The notes beneath the pieces are model-generated. The model searched no databases. It worked only from the letters and a program-made list of their open reading frames with translations, and had not been told where the DNA came from. The position numbers and the translations under genes were made by a program. A stretch of DNA of 64,000 nucleotides, from positions 65,266 through 129,265 of the forward strand of contig NIVC01002944.1 of the NCBI GenBank assembly GCA_002269645.1, read 5' to 3'. This stretch comes from Macrostomum lignano (lineage: Eukaryota). Positions 58,901-64,000 of the stretch are shown piece by piece; position 1 is the first letter of the stretch, and the number at the start of each line of letters is the position of its first letter.

Positions 58901-61900
58901 GCTTGGTATTCAGGGCTGGCGTGTGCACGTAATACTCTGTAATATTTACCGGACTCGGGTGGGGAAGCTCGTTGTACGGCTCTCTCCGTGGGGTGTGATT
59001 CACCGCCTCTCTGTCCCGCGCCTCCTGCCAGGGCAGCTCTCTGTCCTGCGGGGGTGACTTACACACTGCCTCTCTGTCCCGCGCCGCGTGCTGCGACATG
59101 CCGGGTAGCGTCCTCTATCTCCTACTGCCTCCACGCACTCTCTGTCCCCCTCCTGCTACAGGAGGGCTGGTTGCTCGCTGTACAGGGCAGCGTCAGCATC
59201 TGGGTTTCCTTCCTGCACCGTCTACCCCACCACTATACTGACTAACCGCATGCACACGACATTGGTGGGAGGGGCTGAGTTCCCACTGACGGGTGTACAC
59301 CTACTCGACGCTGAAGGTACACTTGCTGAACGCCCACCCTGTCAGATGTACACTTGCTGAACACCCATCCTGTCAGATGTACACTCGCTGGACGCCCACC
59401 CTGCCGGATGTACACCCCGCCGTCCCTTCCCTCCAGGAGCACTGCAAGTAGACTAGTATGGCTTGGTATTCGGAGTTGGCGTGTGTACGTAATATACTCT
59501 TTGTAATATTTACTTGACCTGGGTTTGTAAGTTCTAATAACATATAAATGACTACTGCTGACTAGTTGACGCATCTGGATGGTGTGATAAAAACTAGTAA
59601 CGTACCGCGATTTCGAGAGAAATCCTAGCACAATACTGTTCTGTCCGGCATGTGGAAAAGTATTTGCCCCGCCTTCGCTTACTCATACTGCACACAGACA
59701 AAGCTTATCTCTATTAGCAATCTGTTCGTGGTGGTTTAGAAGGATACTGTCTTCCTGTATATAGCTCTCTATCCCTTCATCACTCGTAATAACTTCATAA
59801 ATGCTCGCTTGACCAATGGCTGGTACTGAACTAATAATTCATACGATACATAATGGTTAATACTTTCTAACTCCGTACAGCTCACAAGTTTCTACTCTCT
59901 ACCTTATCAGTAACATTAAAATAAAAAGGTAAAATTTGCTGGTTTTGTGCCTTGTTTGCTTACTTTTCTATTAAAATACTTGCGGTTTATAATTGAAAAT
60001 GTCTGCTTTTTATTCAATTTTATGTGGTTTGAAGGTTTATTTTTGCTAAAATGCCTGGTTTCTTATAAAAATTTCTACTCTCGACAATGATTGTGTCAGC
60101 TATTTCATTAAAATAACCTACTTTTGAATAAAACGTTGTATTTAAGCCCTAGTTTTTTTCAAAACATAATGGAAACCCTCACAACGCCCTTGGAACCTCC
60201 TCAAGCAGCTTACATAGAGCATGCAGACCCCGAAACCCCCTCTAGTGTGCCCTGATTTCAGCGGTCTGACGGTTAAGATCTGTATTTTTACACTATATTT
60301 TCCTTCATGCAGCAATACAGGAGGGTTTGGTAGAGTGAGTCTGGCGGGAGAGGGGGCTTGTGGGGTGATGAGGATGCGTACACACAGTTTAGCCTGTTTT
60401 AGTCTACCTTTTGGGCTAATATGCTTACTATTATTACTACTATTATACCTACTATGTACATACTATTATACTACCCACTATTAAACATGTTGCACTAAAA
60501 CCAACTTTTGAAAATACATAGCGTGTTTTGGTCGATTCTCCCTCACGTCTCTGTCCCTACACATGTGCTCTGCTCGCTTTGGTCTCTGCTTGTGTACCTC
60601 TCTGTAACGTCTCTGTATGCTCTGACTGGTTTCTCCGTCCCCGCACGCGCCGCTACTAAAGTTTGCTGTTACCTACCCCTACACACTGCTCTCTGTCTCC
60701 CTCCGCGCACACCTCTCTGGCCTTGCATGCAACTTGCATGTCTGCTCCCCTGTCCTGCCCTCGCGTGGCTCCCTGCCTATACATAGCTACAGGACCCTAC
60801 CTCTGTGCCTTGCTCGGAACTCTGTCCCAGGCCCCCCTTCATACTTCTCTGTCCCGGGCTGCAACTGGCTGACACGCGCCTCTCTGTTCCCCAGCCTGCG
60901 TGGCTGCCTACCCCTGCACACTGCTCTCTGTCCCCCTCCGCGCCTCTCTATCATCCTATTCCTGCAGCTGACCGTGCCGTTCAGCTCTGTCCACGCACGG
61001 CTCCACCCCTGCCCGTGTCTCACTGTACCGCCCTGTGTGGCTCCCTTACCCTGCGCGTTTGCTTCCTATCTCCCTCCTGCTCCATATGTTTCTGTTCCCT
61101 CACACTACGCACACGTGGCTGGCTCTCTGTCCAAACACATCTCTGCTCCTCCACTCTATCCTCGCGTGGCCCCTTGACGGTTCGCATGCCCCTGCATACC
61201 CAGCCTGCCTCTCTGTCCCCTGCAACTGGGGAGGGAGCTCTCTATCCTCTGTATGGCTTTCTCTGTGGGGTGTGTGTGTGACTCACACTACCTCTCTGTC
61301 CTAGCATGCGCCTCTCTATCCGGCTCCTGCAGCAGGCTGTGTTATTCACATCTCTTTCCACCCACCCTCTGCCCGTACACGCTCAGTGTACAGGGCTGCG
61401 TCAGCATCGGGGTTAAAACTTCTCGCTCCCTATGCTTCAACAGTATAACAACCTAGTGGCTGGTTCTCTGTCCGCGCCACCCCTCTCTGCCCGTACACTC
61501 TCACTGTACAGGGCTGCGTCAGCGTTAGGGTTGAAACTTCTCGCTCCCTATACCCCACAACCGTGTAGTGTCCTAGTATGGGCGCGACCTGGGTTCGATT
61601 TCGCTAGTTGAGATGTAGGTGAGAGAGGGAAGAGGCCCGTATCGATGACTACATATCGGTGTACACACATATCGGGGGAGTGTACACTCGGGGCGCCTGC
61701 TGCATACATATCGGTGTACATATAGGGAGAGTGCGCATACATATCGGGAGGGGCGCCTGAGACGGGGAGGGCGCCTGCGGCATACATGTCGGGGGAGGGC
61801 GCGTGCGGCGGGGAGGGGCGCCTGCTGCATGGGCGCCTGCGGCTCGGGTGGGTGCGCTTGGGATCTGATTGATTTGGGATCTGATTGATTTGGGATCTGA

Positions 61901-62113
61901 TTGATTTATTGGGATCTAATATCGGTAGGTGCGCCTGCGGCTGGGGAGGGTCGCCTGCGGCGCTTGGCGCCTGCGGCGCGCGCGCGCGCGCCGAGCGCCG
62001 ATATCGATACGGGTATCGATCACCTAGTGATCGGGGCGCCAGCCAATGAGAGGCGAGGAGGGTTGACACCCACCTCACCTCCAAAATCAACACTTACGGA
62101 ATCCCTTAGTAGT
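52907..62113. mobile_element. Foldback-type palindromic element: arms 52907-57480 and 57556-62113, 75-bp spacer, TSD TATCTC
   Basis: The arms are near-exact reverse complements. TATCTC lies at 52901-52906 and 62114-62119. Both flanks are halves of one CT-rich tract. Confidence 0.8.
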
Positions 62114-62625
62114 TATCTCATCTCTACTCTCTCATCTTTCCTTTCATCTCTCTCATCTCTACAATCTCATCTCTTTCCTCTCTCCTCCTCTTCCCTTTAC
62201 TCTATCATCTCTCCTTTTTCCTCTCTTCTTCTCAACTCTCTCTCTAATCTCTTATCTCCTCTCTTCTCACTCCTCTCTCTCCCTCTCTCCCCCTCTTATC
62301 TCCTCTCTTCTCTATCCTTTCTAATCTCTTCTCTCGATCCTCTCTCATCTGCCTCTCTGTTCTCTCAACTCTTATCTCTTCTCACTCTTCTATACTCTCC
62401 TCTCTCATCGATCATCTGTCTCATCTCTCCCCTCTTCTCTCTCCATCTTCTCACCTCTACTATTTCCTCTCACTTCTCTCTCCCCTCCTTTCGCTTCTTC
62501 GTCCCATATTCTCTGCTCTCTCCTCAACCCCCTCGTCTCTGCTGTTATCTTCTATCTTTCTCTTATCCCCCTCTCGCCCCTCCTCCCTTTCTAATAGTCT
62601 ATTCCTTTTTCTTTTCACTCTCATC
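62114..62625 (+). repeat. CT-rich polypyrimidine tract, right part (same strand as left part)
   Basis: Low-complexity C/T sequence, not inverted relative to the left part. Confidence 0.9.
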
Positions 62626-63830
62626 TGGCCCGCAGCCATGAGTTGGATTCTTTATCTGGCCTTTGAGATAAAAATCTGCCGATCCCTGCTTCGAAAGCTA
62701 GTTTGTGGGATGTAGTACTATCACGGTTGTTATCATTTCTCATGCTTTAATCACGTCATCTTTCTGACCAATTAGCAGCCCTGAGAGGAATTTGTGTATC
62801 TCCATTCTCCTCCACCACCACAGTCTGCAGCAGTCTAACAACCAAGGACATACGCATTTCTTAGGAGGCCATTTAAATTTTAAAGTACCTTATGCGAATC
62901 TTAATGTTAAAATTTTCATGGTGTAACTAATTTAGTAGGATTGCATGTAATCGGTTATTCATTAATTTTTCGCTATTTTTACAAACCATGCCGCATCGCC
63001 TTGTTGATTTGCCAATTGCCATCCATCCACTGATAAACTGCTGCACGCTTGTCTAATGTCTATACAGAGGACAGTGGTTTGAATCTCTCACTAAACTGTC
63101 ATGACCAAACGTAGCCTCTCCACACGCGGGGGGTGCGGAGAAGGCTATTAAAAAGTTATTCCAAAACACTGTACATTCGCTATGTACACTGAGCCCTATA
63201 GCCTGACCCTTTGTCTGGGCTGGGGGATTGAGTGAGTGAGCGGCACAAACAACAGAAAAAGCAGACAAATTTCACATGCTTACAGTTTCTGTTCTGATTG
63301 AGTTACAGAGTTGAGACTTTATATTTAGACAGTGAATGAGTCAAAGAAGAATTGAGTCAAGTTTCAAGTCAATGGCTTCACGTAGAGCAAACCTATGGCA
63401 GCCGAAAGTTAAGTCAATTTTTATAACCCCCTTTACACACCAGGCCCAGTTCGGGAAAGAGAGGCAGGCGGAGGTTGGGGTGGCTGCCTCGCTGACAAAA
63501 AACAGCCTAACTTTAAAAGTGCACGATTGTGTCGAAATAGTTCAAGATTAATTGTGTCAAATTTGAAGAGGATTGGTAGCAGTGGAGCGGCGCTATGGAG
63601 GATTTAGTAAAAAAATCGCGCATTTTGGGCAGTTTTTTTGCACTTTTAAGTAGGAAGACTCAAATTTAGGAAATTTTAAGGTAGCCTATGACACTTTCTG
63701 TAGTGAATTTAGGGTGGGTGCAAAATTTGGTGTAATTTGGTTGAGCGGTTTGGTAGTCCATAGCGAAGTAATTTGTACACAGACACACATACACACAGAC
63801 AGAGTTTTGATTTTTATATGTAGAGATAGA

Positions 63831-64000
63831 CGAGTTAATCTTGAGATTTGGGAGTTAATCTCAGGATTTGGGAGTTAGTCTTGGGATTCTGGAGTTAATC
63901 TTGAGATTTAGAAGTTAATCTCGGGATTTGTGAGTTAATCTCGGGATTTGGGAGTTAATCTTGAGATTTGGGATTTAATTTTGGTAGTCCAGAGTTAATC
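63831..64000. repeat. Resumption of the LRRK intron-13 20-bp minisatellite after the Helitron
   Basis: GAGTTAATCTCGGGATTTGG repeats, same orientation as 51650-51792. Confidence 0.92.

Larger units (their letters stand above)
51793..63830 (-). mobile_element. Non-autonomous Helitron (about 2.8 kb of its own sequence) carrying a nested 9.2-kb palindrome
   Basis: Minus strand starts TCTATCTCTACATATAAAAATC, then a TCTG/TG microsatellite and AAACCGCTCAACCAAATTACACCAAATTTTG. It ends with an imperfect GC hairpin (51806-51827) 13 nt before CTTG|T. No TSD. It interrupts one minisatellite unit. Confidence 0.75.

Noticed and set aside
52906-62114. CACTA (En/Spm) element reading of the palindrome ends
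   Set aside because: The right end is TAGTT rather than TAGTG and no 3-bp TSD exists. The ACTACT boundary gives symmetric ends and a 6-bp TSD.

Overview
Eukaryotic (metazoan) genomic DNA with GT-AG introns, GC-rich exons and minisatellite-filled introns. The style resembles a free-living flatworm such as Macrostomum lignano, but that is an inference only. (1) 771-37145, minus strand: a complete 22-exon ROCO gene of the LRRK1/invertebrate-Lrrk type (ANK-LRR-ROC-COR-kinase-WD40). All splice phases join and it encodes about 2,153 aa after two 1-bp homopolymer corrections. The kinase motifs are intact, but the ROC G1, G3 and G4 motifs are all degenerate, so the ROC looks like a pseudo-GTPase. (2) Nested antisense in its 12-kb intron 20 is a 2-exon MPPED-like metallophosphoesterase that has lost almost all metal ligands and ends in a CaaX-like box. 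(3) A retinol-dehydrogenase-like SDR gene runs into a 362-N gap at 40030-40391. (4) After the gap, an inverted second copy of LRRK exons 1-13 (40392-51792) has different VNTR alleles. (5) Intron 13 of that copy holds a 12,038-bp insertion absent from copy 1. It is a non-autonomous Helitron, and inside its CT-rich tract lies a 9,207-bp near-perfect palindromic element (arms of about 4.57 kb, 75-bp spacer, ACTACT...AGTAGT termini, 6-bp TATCTC target duplication) with no credible coding capacity. No rRNA, tRNA or CRISPR array was seen. Nearly all long ORFs in the supplied track outside the exons are artefacts of tandem repeats.
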